Source: a virus
Taxonomy: Duplodnaviria; Caudoviricetes
DNA: 42,914 bases
Direction: 5' to 3' (one strand)
IMG/VR virus record: IMGVR_UViG_3300033475_000064
Coordinates: 1-42,914 of that record
Every line of letters begins with the position of its first letter. Within the stretch, counting starts at the first letter, position 1. The notes under the pieces are model-generated. The model had not been told where the DNA came from. It worked only from the letters and a program-made list of their open reading frames with translations, and searched no databases. Below, piece after piece: positions 25,789-34,073 of the stretch. The position numbers and the translations under genes were made by a program.

Positions 25789-27241
25789 CGCCGAGCAGAA
25801 CGCCGGCCCCGCCCCGCACGACTGCTACATGGACAGCTGCGGCGCGTCGACCATGCCCGGCCAGGCGTGCGGAACCTGCTGTTCCTGCGAGGGCGTCTGC
25901 ACCTATGACGGGTTGTCCAGCACCGCCGAGCAGGAGGGCGTCTCGCCGGCTACGGCCGGCGGGGCGCCCGCCCCCGGGCGCTGGAGTGCTCAGCCAATCG
26001 GTGGCGGCACATGCATGCTGTACGAGGGGGCGGACGCTCGCGGCCTCGTGTTTGACGTCGTCTCGGCACAGCTGATCACCGGCACCCTCAACGGTTCCCT
26101 TAACGCCAAGGCGCTCGCACCGTTCAAGCTCCGCCCGGTGCTGAAGGGCCCGGAGCTGAACATGGACGGTGACGACGAGGGGAACACCTGGCCGGACGGT
26201 GTTGGCTGGGCGCTGTCGTGGGGCTGCCAGCTGACGTTCGGCCGCGACGAGGAGACCGGCGAGCCCACGGTCTGCGTGTCCATGTCGGACGAGGATCTGC
26301 GCCGGGGCATCACGTCGCGGACAGCGAAGCGCCACCAGGTGGCCGAGTTCGCGCGGCTGCTGGCCGCGCAGTTCGGCGAGCCGTCCACCGTCGTGCCCGA
26401 CCCGCGTGACGCCGAGATCGAACGGCTGCGCGAAGAGCTGGCTCGTGTGGCTCACCCCGACGCCATGGACGAGCTGTCGCGGGATGCGCTCAGGCGGCAG
26501 CGTGACGATGCTCGCCAAGAACTGGACCATCTCCGTGCGTCGAACTACGCCGACGAGCAGCTCCGGTTCGATGCCTACGCCGAGCTGCTCAACGTGCTCG
26601 ACGAGGGCAGGCATCCGCCAGTCGGCACGGGCACCTTCCCCGCGGTCCGCGCCGCGATCGTTCAGGCGCTCGATCTGCGCGCACAGTACAAGGCCGAGCG
26701 GGACGAGGCCCGCGAGGAGTGGAAGCGCGCCGACGCCGAGGTGACCCGGCTCAAGCGGCTCGTCGGCGACGAGAACGTCCCCTACGACGGCTGGGACGGC
26801 CAAACCCGCCAGGACGCCATCGTGCGTGTCGAAGAGGCCTGGCAGGAACACCTCAAGCAGCGCGACCAGATCGAGGCGCTGACCGCCGAACGGGACCGCC
26901 TGCGGCAGGAACTCAACACAACCGCCTGGGAAGCCACGACGGCCGAGGCCAACGGGCACTTCATGGCCAACGCCCTCGACGACGTCCGCGAGATCCTGAA
27001 GCGGGTCGAGGGTGAGCTCATCAAGCCGAGCACCTCGCCGGAGAAGCCGGCCGAGCCGCGCCGCTGGCGCGCCGGCGACCCCGAGCCCGAGATCGGCACC
27101 ACGGTGCTGCGCCGCGGGGACAGGTACGTCCGTGGCCGCGACGGATGGCGCCGCGCTGACCTGCACACCGGCTACGGCACCTGGGACCTGATGACCGACG
27201 GTATTTGCGAGCTCGTCGAGGTGGTGGGCACCGATGGCTGA
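25781..27241 (+). CDS. Mosaic coiled-coil protein
   Basis: GTG 25781; Cys-rich N-terminus, AEIERLREEL-type heptads, C-terminal RRWRAGDPEP domain. Confidence 0.65.
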   Translation: MADAEQNAGPAPHDCYMDSCGASTMPGQACGTCCSCEGVCTYDGLSSTAEQEGVSPATAGGAPAPGRWSAQPIGGGTCMLYEGADARGLVFDVVSAQLITGTLNGSLNAKALAPFKLRPVLKGPELNMDGDDEGNTWPDGVGWALSWGCQLTFGRDEETGEPTVCVSMSDEDLRRGITSRTAKRHQVAEFARLLAAQFGEPSTVVPDPRDAEIERLREELARVAHPDAMDELSRDALRRQRDDARQELDHLRASNYADEQLRFDAYAELLNVLDEGRHPPVGTGTFPAVRAAIVQALDLRAQYKAERDEAREEWKRADAEVTRLKRLVGDENVPYDGWDGQTRQDAIVRVEEAWQEHLKQRDQIEALTAERDRLRQELNTTAWEATTAEANGHFMANALDDVREILKRVEGELIKPSTSPEKPAEPRRWRAGDPEPEIGTTVLRRGDRYVRGRDGWRRADLHTGYGTWDLMTDGICELVEVVGTDG

Positions 27242-27500
27242 GATCCTGCCGCCCCCGCTGACCGCCAAGCTCGACATCGCCCGGGCCGCCGAGCTCGGTG
27301 TCACCGCCACTGAGGCCAAGCACCTCCAGCAGCTCGCATCCGGCTGGACCCACGCCGAGATCGCCGCCAGCGCGTGGATCACCCCCAACGCGGCGGGCAC
27401 GCGGCTCTGGCGGCTGTGGAGCCGACTCGGCCTGCGCAGCAGCCAGCAGCTCATCGCCTGGGCCTACGAGAACCGTGTGCTGGTGGTGCCCCGTGCCTGA
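27234..27500 (+). CDS. LuxR-type HTH regulator
   Basis: TATE...LQQLASGWTHAEIA...ITPN.....L.RLWSRLGLRSSQQLIAWAYE. Confidence 0.85.
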   Translation: MAEILPPPLTAKLDIARAAELGVTATEAKHLQQLASGWTHAEIAASAWITPNAAGTRLWRLWSRLGLRSSQQLIAWAYENRVLVVPRA

Positions 27501-27849
27501 GCGAATCCAACGGCAGCGCACCAAGGGCTGGCGGATGCCCAAGAACACCGTCTACGTCGGACGCGGCAGCAAGTGGGGAAACCCGTGGATCGCCGGCAAG
27601 GTCTACATCCTCACCGGTCCCCAAGCTGGCAAGTATGCCGACCGCGCCGATGTGGTCCGCATGTTCCGCAACACCCTGCGGATGCGGAACGCCGGCCCAG
27701 TAATCGAGCAGATCAAGGCCGAGCTCGCCGGAAAGAACCTCGCCTGCTGGTGCCCGCTGATCGACGAGAACGGCAAGAAGGTTCCCTGCCACGCCGACGT
27801 GCTGCTGCGCATCGCCAACCAGGAGGTGCCCGATGGCAGCCGCGCTTGA
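27493..27849 (+). CDS. DUF4326 protein
   Basis: QRQRTKGWRMP..TVYVGRGSKWGNP...ELAGKNLACWC...CHADVLL.IAN. Confidence 0.9.
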   Translation: MPERIQRQRTKGWRMPKNTVYVGRGSKWGNPWIAGKVYILTGPQAGKYADRADVVRMFRNTLRMRNAGPVIEQIKAELAGKNLACWCPLIDENGKKVPCHADVLLRIANQEVPDGSRA

Positions 27850-27946
27850 GACCGGTGCGGTCATCATCGCCGGCATGGCGTTGTGCTGGGCCGCGATCGG
27901 CCTCGTCGCCGTCGTGCGCCACTTTGGAGATGGTGACCGTGCCTGA
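27833..27946 (+). CDS. Single-TM microprotein, 37 aa
   Basis: AGGAGG RBS; MAAALETGAVIIAGMALCWAAIGLVAVVRHFGDGDRA. Confidence 0.55.
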   Translation: MAAALETGAVIIAGMALCWAAIGLVAVVRHFGDGDRA

Positions 27947-28022
27947 CTGGCTCATCGCCCTGGCTCTGATCGCTTCCACGGTCGTGATCATCGTCGACAT
28001 CCTCGCCGACAGGAGGTCGTGA
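27939..28022 (+). CDS. Single-TM microprotein, 27 aa
   Basis: GGAG RBS; (M)PDWLIALALIASTVVIIVDILADRRS. Confidence 0.5.
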   Translation: MPDWLIALALIASTVVIIVDILADRRS

Positions 28023-28303
28023 TGATCGCCCAGACCATCGGCTACTGCGCCGCCGGCATCTGCCTGCTCTGCCTCGTCGGCCTGTTCACCATCCGCGTGC
28101 TCTGGCCCGCCCAGGACGGCACCCACGCCAAGAAGGCCAAACACCGCGACGACGGCCAAGTGCACGGCGGGGCCGGCAGCCCCGGGCACGACGAAGAACT
28201 CCGGGCGCTCCGGATCATCCACACGGCGGCCGAGCGCCGGCGCGAGCCGGACACCGGCGAGATGGCCGATCTGGTCGGCGCCGACGACGAGCCCAGCTCC
28301 TGA
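28022..28303 (+). CDS. Membrane-anchored hypothetical protein
   Basis: AGGAGG RBS; N-terminal TM helix, charged C-terminus. Confidence 0.6.
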   Translation: MIAQTIGYCAAGICLLCLVGLFTIRVLWPAQDGTHAKKAKHRDDGQVHGGAGSPGHDEELRALRIIHTAAERRREPDTGEMADLVGADDEPSS

Positions 28304-28370
28304 CCACCGCGCCGGCCCGGCGGGTACCCGGGCCGGCGCATCACCACTGAACCACAAGGAGGTGACCACG

Positions 28371-28673
28371 ATGGACCTCACCGGCGATCCCCTCACCGAC
28401 GCCGTTCTCCCGGCCGCCATGGCGATCGTATGGGCCGTGCGCGAGGCCAGCCCGGTCGCCGTCGCACAAGCCCTCACCGAAGCCATCACGGCCGCCGGCG
28501 ACCACAGCCAGCACGCCCTGATCATCGTCCTCGCGGCCATGGTGCCCGACGACCTCGCACCATCCGACCTCCTCGCCTGGCGCTCCAACCCCACCGAGTA
28601 CCTCCGGCTGCGCGAGGCCGGCGTCGGTGCGTTCGCCGCGGCGAGGCTCGCGAAAGGCAGCACCGCAGCATGA
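28371..28673 (+). CDS. Hypothetical protein
   Basis: AAGGAGG RBS after 12-bp hairpin 28309-28339; LIIVLAAMVPDD.APSDLLAW. Confidence 0.75.
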   Translation: MDLTGDPLTDAVLPAAMAIVWAVREASPVAVAQALTEAITAAGDHSQHALIIVLAAMVPDDLAPSDLLAWRSNPTEYLRLREAGVGAFAAARLAKGSTAA

Positions 28674-29584
28674 CCTCCGCGTTCGGCCCGATCCGGTGGG
28701 CAAAGAGCGTCCCGGCGATCCGGCGCGCCGATGGCCGCGTCGACAGCACCGCCCACCACGTGCTATTGGCGCTGGCCACCTACGCCCACCGGGACGGCAC
28801 CGGTGCCCGGCCATCGGTCGAGACGCTGGCCGAGGACTGCCGCCTCACCCCGCGCTACGTGGCGGACGCGATCAAGCGGATCGCCGCGGCCGGGTTGATC
28901 TCGGAGATGGCCCGGCTGGACGGTGGCATCACGGTGTGGCGGCTGCACCTCGACGTGATCGACTCGGGACCGTCCGTAGTGGAGAGTCAGCAGGCTCGTC
29001 GCCGCGCGCTGGCCGCCGAGCGTCAGCGGAAGCATCGCGAGCGCAAGGCGAGTAACGCTCCCGCACGGCGTGACGTCACGCTCCCGCACGGCGTGACAGA
29101 TGAGGGTGTGTCACGCCGTGCCACGGCGTCACGTAACGCCGTGGACAGCGTTACGTCACGCCGTGCGGCGGCGTTAGTCACGCCCCCACGAGCGTCACAA
29201 CCGCAGGTCACACCGCATGCAACTGCCCTTGAACTGCCAGTAGAACTGCCAAAAGAACTATCTCCTGCTCCGCAGGAGACGAGTGACGCTGACGCGTTCG
29301 ACGCGTTCTGGGCCGCCTACCCACGCAAGATCGGCAAGGGCCAAGCCCGCACCGCCTGGGCCAGAGCCGTCAAGCGTGCCGACCCCGCCACGATCATCGC
29401 CGCCGCCAACGAGTTCGGCATCGAACGCGGCAACCAGGACCCCAAGTTCACGCCCTACCCGGCCACGTGGCTCAACGGCGAACGCTGGACCGACGAGCCC
29501 GCCAAGCCCCAACTCCGCGTCGTCGGCGAACACCGCCCCTGGGGCGGCTACGACGACCAGTCCGTCTACGACGAGGACATCTGA
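28670..29584 (+). CDS. Replication initiator (lambda O-like architecture)
   Basis: N-terminal winged HTH (VLLALATYA...ARPSVETLAEDC), ERQRKHRER linker, C-terminal FDAFWAAYPRK...YPATWLNGERW; internal iterons. Confidence 0.85.
   Translation: MTSAFGPIRWAKSVPAIRRADGRVDSTAHHVLLALATYAHRDGTGARPSVETLAEDCRLTPRYVADAIKRIAAAGLISEMARLDGGITVWRLHLDVIDSGPSVVESQQARRRALAAERQRKHRERKASNAPARRDVTLPHGVTDEGVSRRATASRNAVDSVTSRRAAALVTPPRASQPQVTPHATALELPVELPKELSPAPQETSDADAFDAFWAAYPRKIGKGQARTAWARAVKRADPATIIAAANEFGIERGNQDPKFTPYPATWLNGERWTDEPAKPQLRVVGEHRPWGGYDDQSVYDEDI
29052..29198. repeat. Iteron array / putative replication origin
   Basis: Six 22-23 nt units GT(A/C)ACGC-N8/9-GCGTNA(C) starting at 29052, 29075, 29110, 29133, 29155, 29177. 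Confidence 0.8.
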
Positions 29585-30240
29585 TGATCACGCCGCTGAT
29601 CGACCTCGCGGCCGAGTTCCCCGACCTCGACCCGCACTGGATCCGCACCAACGCCGACAACGCCGACACCGCGCTGGCCAAGATCCCGCCCCGCTACGCC
29701 GACGCGCTCGCCGACGACCCTGACGTTCTCGCCTGGGCCGTCGCGCTCTGCCGCACCGCCGCCAAGACCGCCCGGGCCTACAACCCCCGCGTCGCCACCG
29801 GCGGATCCCTGCTCCTGCTCGGCCCCGTCGGCACCGGCAAGACCCACCAGGCGTTCGGCGCCATCCGCCAGATCGTCCACACCGGAGTCGCCTGCTCGTG
29901 GGCCGCCGTCACCGCCGCCGACCTCTTCGGCCAGCTACGACCCCGCGAACGCGGCAACCCCGAAGCCGTCATGGACCGGTACTCGCGGATCCCGTTGCTG
30001 CTGCTCGACGACCTCGGCGCGGCCAAGGCGTCCGAGTGGACCGAGGAGGTCACCTACCGCGTGATCAACCACCGGTACGAGCACCAGCTGCCCACGATCG
30101 TCACCAGCAACCTCGGCGGCGGCGACCTCCGGACCGGGCTCGGCGAGCGCATTGCGTCCCGGCTCGCCGAGATGGCGAAGCGCGTGGCTCTCAAGGGCAC
30201 CGACCGCCGACGCGTAACCCGGCCGCCGCAGGCCGATTAA
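29584..30240 (+). CDS. DnaC/IstB-like AAA+ helicase loader
   Basis: Walker A GPVGTGKT, Walker B LLLLDDLG, TIVTSN, ERIASRL. Confidence 0.92.
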   Translation: MITPLIDLAAEFPDLDPHWIRTNADNADTALAKIPPRYADALADDPDVLAWAVALCRTAAKTARAYNPRVATGGSLLLLGPVGTGKTHQAFGAIRQIVHTGVACSWAAVTAADLFGQLRPRERGNPEAVMDRYSRIPLLLLDDLGAAKASEWTEEVTYRVINHRYEHQLPTIVTSNLGGGDLRTGLGERIASRLAEMAKRVALKGTDRRRVTRPPQAD

Positions 30241-30296
30241 GAACCCACCGTGCGCCCGCCCAGCGCGACGCACGAGACGATTGGAGACCGTCCGTG

Positions 30297-30716
30297 ATGG
30301 ACGAGACCGGAGACACCCCAAGCGAGCCGCAGAGAGGCGCTCAGCCCGAAATCAACTTCAACCTGCTCGCCCGGCTCCGCACCAAGCCCCACCCGCACAT
30401 CCGCGACGTCACGCTCCCACCGGAGGCCGACCCATTCGGCGGCTGGGGCGAACTGCACAACCAGGTCAAGGCGTCCCACCACCTCCTCGACATCGCCGGC
30501 ATCCCCAACGCCAAGGGCGACAAGGGCGACCTCGACGCCCGCACCTGGCAGCTCGTGGTCAAGGCCCAGCAGTTCGACGGCTACCTCGACCGACTCCGGA
30601 CCTGGCACTCCCGCGAGACCGCCGAGGCCGGCATGGTCGGCACGCTGTGCGCCGAATGCGAGACGCACTGGCCCTGCGACACCATCCGCCTCCTCGACGG
30701 CGAGGACGTGTCATGA
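30297..30716 (+). CDS. Hypothetical protein with C-terminal Zn-binding motif
   Basis: GGAG RBS; WH...CAECETHWPCDT. Confidence 0.65.
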   Translation: MDETGDTPSEPQRGAQPEINFNLLARLRTKPHPHIRDVTLPPEADPFGGWGELHNQVKASHHLLDIAGIPNAKGDKGDLDARTWQLVVKAQQFDGYLDRLRTWHSRETAEAGMVGTLCAECETHWPCDTIRLLDGEDVS

Positions 30717-31204
30717 CCGCCCCCGTCGACCGCGCCAAGCAGGGCCGCGCCAACCGCAATCGCGGAGCCACCGCCGAACGCCGCGTCGCCACCTACCTCC
30801 GCGACAACGGCTTCCCCGGAGCCGAACGCGCCATTCGGTCCGGCTGGGTCGGCCAGACCCGGCAGATCGCCGACCAAGGTGACATCACCGGCACGCCCGG
30901 CATCGTCTGGCAAGTCAAGGACTGCCAGCGCGAGAACATCCGCGGCTGGCTCGCCGAAACCGAGCAACAGCGGCACGCCGCCAACGCCGTGATGGGCCTA
31001 CTCGTCGTCCGCCAGCGCGGAGCAGCCAACCCCGGACGCTGGTGGTGCTGGCTCGACCTCGGCACGCTCTTCGACTTCGTCGGCGCTGCAACGTGGGCCG
31101 GCGTCGGCCGCCAGCTCGAACGCGAACCGGTCCGGCTGGAACTCGGCCCGGCGGTCGAGCTGCTCCGAATCCGCGGCTACGGCGACCCGGTGGTGACCGA
31201 GTGA
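30713..31204 (+). CDS. Holliday junction resolvase (PD-(D/E)XK type)
   Basis: RNRGATAERRVATYLRDNGF..AER, DQGDITG, WQVK. Confidence 0.8.
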   Translation: MTAPVDRAKQGRANRNRGATAERRVATYLRDNGFPGAERAIRSGWVGQTRQIADQGDITGTPGIVWQVKDCQRENIRGWLAETEQQRHAANAVMGLLVVRQRGAANPGRWWCWLDLGTLFDFVGAATWAGVGRQLEREPVRLELGPAVELLRIRGYGDPVVTE

Positions 31205-31590
31205 CCGGCCTGGGCCGGTGGCTCGCCGGCATCCTCAATGCCCACATCGAGCGCCACAACGTCGAGCCGCCACCGAGACGGCCGCTCGCGACCGCCGCGC
31301 CGCGCGAGCACGGCAACGACACCGTCGACCTCAGCCACCTCGGCGTCACCGTCGAACAGGCCGCCGAAGTGCTCCGCCAACGCGTCGCAGACCTCGTCAC
31401 AACGCGCACGGCCCTGCTGGCGGGCGAGCATCCACCGGCCCACAGCGAACCGGTGACCGTGCGGTGCTGCTGGGCGTGCGGCGACCCCAGGGGCTTCCAT
31501 GCCGTGCACCGGCCGTGCTGGAACGTGCCGACGTTCACGCGCAACGCCGACCAGGTCCAGCGCACCTACGGCGCCGGGGGGCTGCTGTGA
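31201..31590 (+). CDS. Hypothetical protein
   Basis: GTGA couplings; CCWACG motif. Confidence 0.55.
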   Translation: MTGLGRWLAGILNAHIERHNVEPPPRRPLATAAPREHGNDTVDLSHLGVTVEQAAEVLRQRVADLVTTRTALLAGEHPPAHSEPVTVRCCWACGDPRGFHAVHRPCWNVPTFTRNADQVQRTYGAGGLL

Positions 31591-31757
31591 CCGCGCGCCT
31601 GATCGAGCCGAACGCCTGCACCTGGTGCGACATCGGCCAACGCGAACACCTCCAGCGCTGGACCAGGTCGGCCGGCTGGCACACCTGGGCCGCGCCCACC
31701 GACGAGCAGCGCCTGGAGCGAATGCTCGCCCGCCGCGTACGGAGAACGACATCATGA
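31587..31757 (+). CDS. Small Cys/His/Trp protein
   Basis: PNACTWCDI..REH.QRW...GWHTW..PTDEQR..RM.ARR; coupled both sides. Confidence 0.65.
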   Translation: MTARLIEPNACTWCDIGQREHLQRWTRSAGWHTWAAPTDEQRLERMLARRVRRTTS

Positions 31758-32092
31758 CCGAACTGCTGAACCGCCTGCTGGTCCGATTTGGACTGCTGCT
31801 CGTGCCGACCCCTCCGTCGTCCAAGACGCTGCGCAGCCAGGCCGGGCGCGCCGAGATGCACCGCCACGGGCAGGGCGAGAACTTCGCCGAGTGGTCCGCT
31901 GGAGCTGACTGGATCCGACAGGCAGCTGCCATCAGCGACGAGGCATGGCACTACCGCCGAGCGGCGCTGATCAAGAACTGGCGCTGTCGATGCGGCAAAA
32001 GGCTGAGCGAGCCTGGCGGTGGCTGCGCCTGGCATGTCAACAACCGGGCCCAGGCGCTCGCCGGCGAGGCCACCGAGGAGCAGTGCCGATGA
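31754..32092 (+). CDS. Hypothetical protein
   Basis: GGAG RBS; CRCG...CAWH. Confidence 0.6.
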   Translation: MTELLNRLLVRFGLLLVPTPPSSKTLRSQAGRAEMHRHGQGENFAEWSAGADWIRQAAAISDEAWHYRRAALIKNWRCRCGKRLSEPGGGCAWHVNNRAQALAGEATEEQCR

Positions 32093-32907
32093 CCAACCAT
32101 CCGACCTGCGCCGTCGACGGCCGGCCTGTCCACGACGACCGCGGCCACCTCTGCCCCGCCTGCTGGGCCGATTTGGACCACGACCTGGCCGACGTGCCCG
32201 AGCTGGTGCACGACCTCGAGCGCCTCCTGGCCGGCCTCACTCGCACCGGTGGCAGTCCGATCGGGATCGTCGTGCGGGCCGAGAAGGGACTCGGGTTCGA
32301 TGAGCGCGCCGGCGACCTGCTGCGCGAGCTGCACAACACGCTCGGCGGCTGGGTCCGCGTGCTGTGCGAGGACAACGCGCTGCCCGTCGACATGCGCGAC
32401 GACACCGCCGTGCTGGCCGGGTGGCTCGGTCAGCACGAGTGGGAGATCCGGCGGCACGAGGCGGCAGGGGACCTGTGGCGGGAGGTGCACAAGCTGGCTG
32501 AGAGGGCGCGCAAGACCGTGACGCCCAAGGGGCCGCGGGTCTACCTCGGACAGTGCTCGGTGCCGCTCGACGACTCCGACGAGCCTGAGCTGTGCGACCG
32601 GGACCTGTACGCGCTGGCCGACTGGCGCTCGGTGACGTGCCCGCAGTGCGGCATCACGCACCAGGCCGGCGAACGGCGTGAGGTCATGCTGAACGCCGTC
32701 GCCGACCAGCTCGCCACCGCCGCGGAATGCTCCCGAGCGCTCACCGCTGTGACCGGCGTGGAGGTGTCGGTCAACACCATCCGCAGCTGGGCCGCGCGCG
32801 GCAAGCTGGCGCAGCACGCCCCCCGGGAAGGGGAGCGCTGGCCGCGCTACCGCGTCGGCGACGTCGAACAGCTGTTGAAGGGCCTCGCGACGCGCCGACC
32901 AGCCTGA
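32089..32907 (+). CDS. Zn-ribbon plus C-terminal HTH DNA-binding protein (putative late regulator)
   Basis: LCPAC, YLGQC...C..DLYA...VTCPQCG, NTIRSWAARGKL...YRVGDV; last gene of the early operon. Confidence 0.75.
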   Translation: MTNHPTCAVDGRPVHDDRGHLCPACWADLDHDLADVPELVHDLERLLAGLTRTGGSPIGIVVRAEKGLGFDERAGDLLRELHNTLGGWVRVLCEDNALPVDMRDDTAVLAGWLGQHEWEIRRHEAAGDLWREVHKLAERARKTVTPKGPRVYLGQCSVPLDDSDEPELCDRDLYALADWRSVTCPQCGITHQAGERREVMLNAVADQLATAAECSRALTAVTGVEVSVNTIRSWAARGKLAQHAPREGERWPRYRVGDVEQLLKGLATRRPA

Positions 32908-32998
32908 TTGCAAACCGCGCCCACCTCGTGCAATGCTCTGATCATCCACAGTGCGCGATCTCGGCCTTTGAGCCTCGCGCGCCTGGGAAAGGACTTCG

Positions 32999-33427
32999 AT
33001 GGCTAGGGCCATCTGGGCTACCTCGGCCCGACATCCCGACAGGACACTCTGCTCCTGGGGACGGTGCGAGCGCCTCGTCGACGTGGACGTGCCGATCTGT
33101 CGGCATCACCTCCTCAAGGCGTGGGCCATCGTGCAGGCCACCATGCAGGACCTGGTGAATACGCCGATCGAGCCGGTACCCAAGCCACAGGGCTATGTCT
33201 ACTTCGTACGGTTCCGCGATCGGATCAAGATCGGGTACACGACGAACATGATCAGCCGCATGGACGCCGTCCCGCACGAAGAGATCCTCGCCGTGCACCC
33301 CGGCACCATGCGCGACGAGAAGCGCTGCCACGAGGCGTTCGCGCACCTGCGCGAGAACGGCGAGTGGTTCCGCATCGAGCCCGACTTGCTCGCGTTCATC
33401 GAGGACGTCGCCCGGAAGGCCAGCTGA
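32999..33427 (+). CDS. GIY-YIG-superfamily (T5orf172/MUG113-like) protein
   Basis: GYVYFVR...IKIGYT..R...E...H..FAHLRENGEWF. Confidence 0.85.
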   Translation: MARAIWATSARHPDRTLCSWGRCERLVDVDVPICRHHLLKAWAIVQATMQDLVNTPIEPVPKPQGYVYFVRFRDRIKIGYTTNMISRMDAVPHEEILAVHPGTMRDEKRCHEAFAHLRENGEWFRIEPDLLAFIEDVARKAS

Positions 33428-33435
33428 CCAACTTG

Positions 33436-33609
33436 GTGGACCTCGACTTCCACGACTGCAACTCGGGCAAGCAGGTTGGCAAGACCTCGCAGACCGAAGA
33501 TGCCACCCACGTCACCCACTACAGCTGGGCCGAGTACTACTGCACCGTGTGCGGCAAACTCCAGTTCATCGACGACCACGCGCCCACGCGGGTCGCCAAG
33601 AATCAGTGA
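33436..33609 (+). CDS. Small Zn-ribbon-like protein
   Basis: HDC...YCTVCGK; start uncertain (33433 or 33436). Confidence 0.5.
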   Translation: MDLDFHDCNSGKQVGKTSQTEDATHVTHYSWAEYYCTVCGKLQFIDDHAPTRVAKNQ

Positions 33610-33613
33610 GCAC

Positions 33614-33648
33614 GAAGCCCCAGCCGACCTGAGAACGGCTGGGGCTTC
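33614..33648 (+). terminator. Intergenic hairpin, probable terminator
   Basis: GAAGCCCCAGCCG/CGGCTGGGGCTTC perfect 13-bp stem. Confidence 0.6.
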
Positions 33649-33679
33649 CGCACGTTCAGACCCTAAGGAGGCGGCCCCC

Positions 33680-33913
33680 GTGGACATCGACCCGAACGCC
33701 TGGCGCGCCCGCCACGAACGCATGGGCCGCGTCAACTACGAGGCATACGCCGAGCAGGTCGGTGGCGTCAGCGTCGCTGGAGACCCGCTGCCCACCTGGG
33801 ACGAGATGACCGAACAGAACCAGGCCATCGCGCTGGCGTGGCAGCACGGGGCCATGGCCGTCGTGCGCGCCAACGAGGCCGAGCAGCGTGACGCTCAGAC
33901 TGGACCCGCGTGA
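33680..33913 (+). CDS. Hypothetical protein
   Basis: AAGGAGG RBS; YEAY..GGVSVAGDPLPTWDEM...AWQ. Confidence 0.75.
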   Translation: MDIDPNAWRARHERMGRVNYEAYAEQVGGVSVAGDPLPTWDEMTEQNQAIALAWQHGAMAVVRANEAEQRDAQTGPA

Positions 33914-34059
33914 TGGCCACCTTCCGCGACATCCTGCTGCCGTTGGCCGTGCTGCTGCTCGGCCTCGCGATGCTCATCCCCAAGGCGAGCCAGATGCTCG
34001 CGATCGCCGGCACGATCCTCGCCGGCGTCGACGTCGTCCTGGTGCTGCTCGCCGCTTGA
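33913..34059 (+). CDS. Two-TM microprotein, 48 aa
   Basis: TGATG coupling; MATFRDILLPLAVLLLGLAMLIPKASQMLAIAGTILAGVDVVLVLLAA. Confidence 0.6.
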   Translation: MATFRDILLPLAVLLLGLAMLIPKASQMLAIAGTILAGVDVVLVLLAA

Positions 34060-34073
34060 CCGAGGGAGGTGTC

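Noticed and set aside
32908-32937. Sigma-70-type late promoter TTGCAA...AATGCT
   Set aside because: Plausible position but weak -10; cannot support without transcription data.
32999-33427. GIY-YIG gene as intron or intein homing element
   Set aside because: Free-standing and interrupts no gene.
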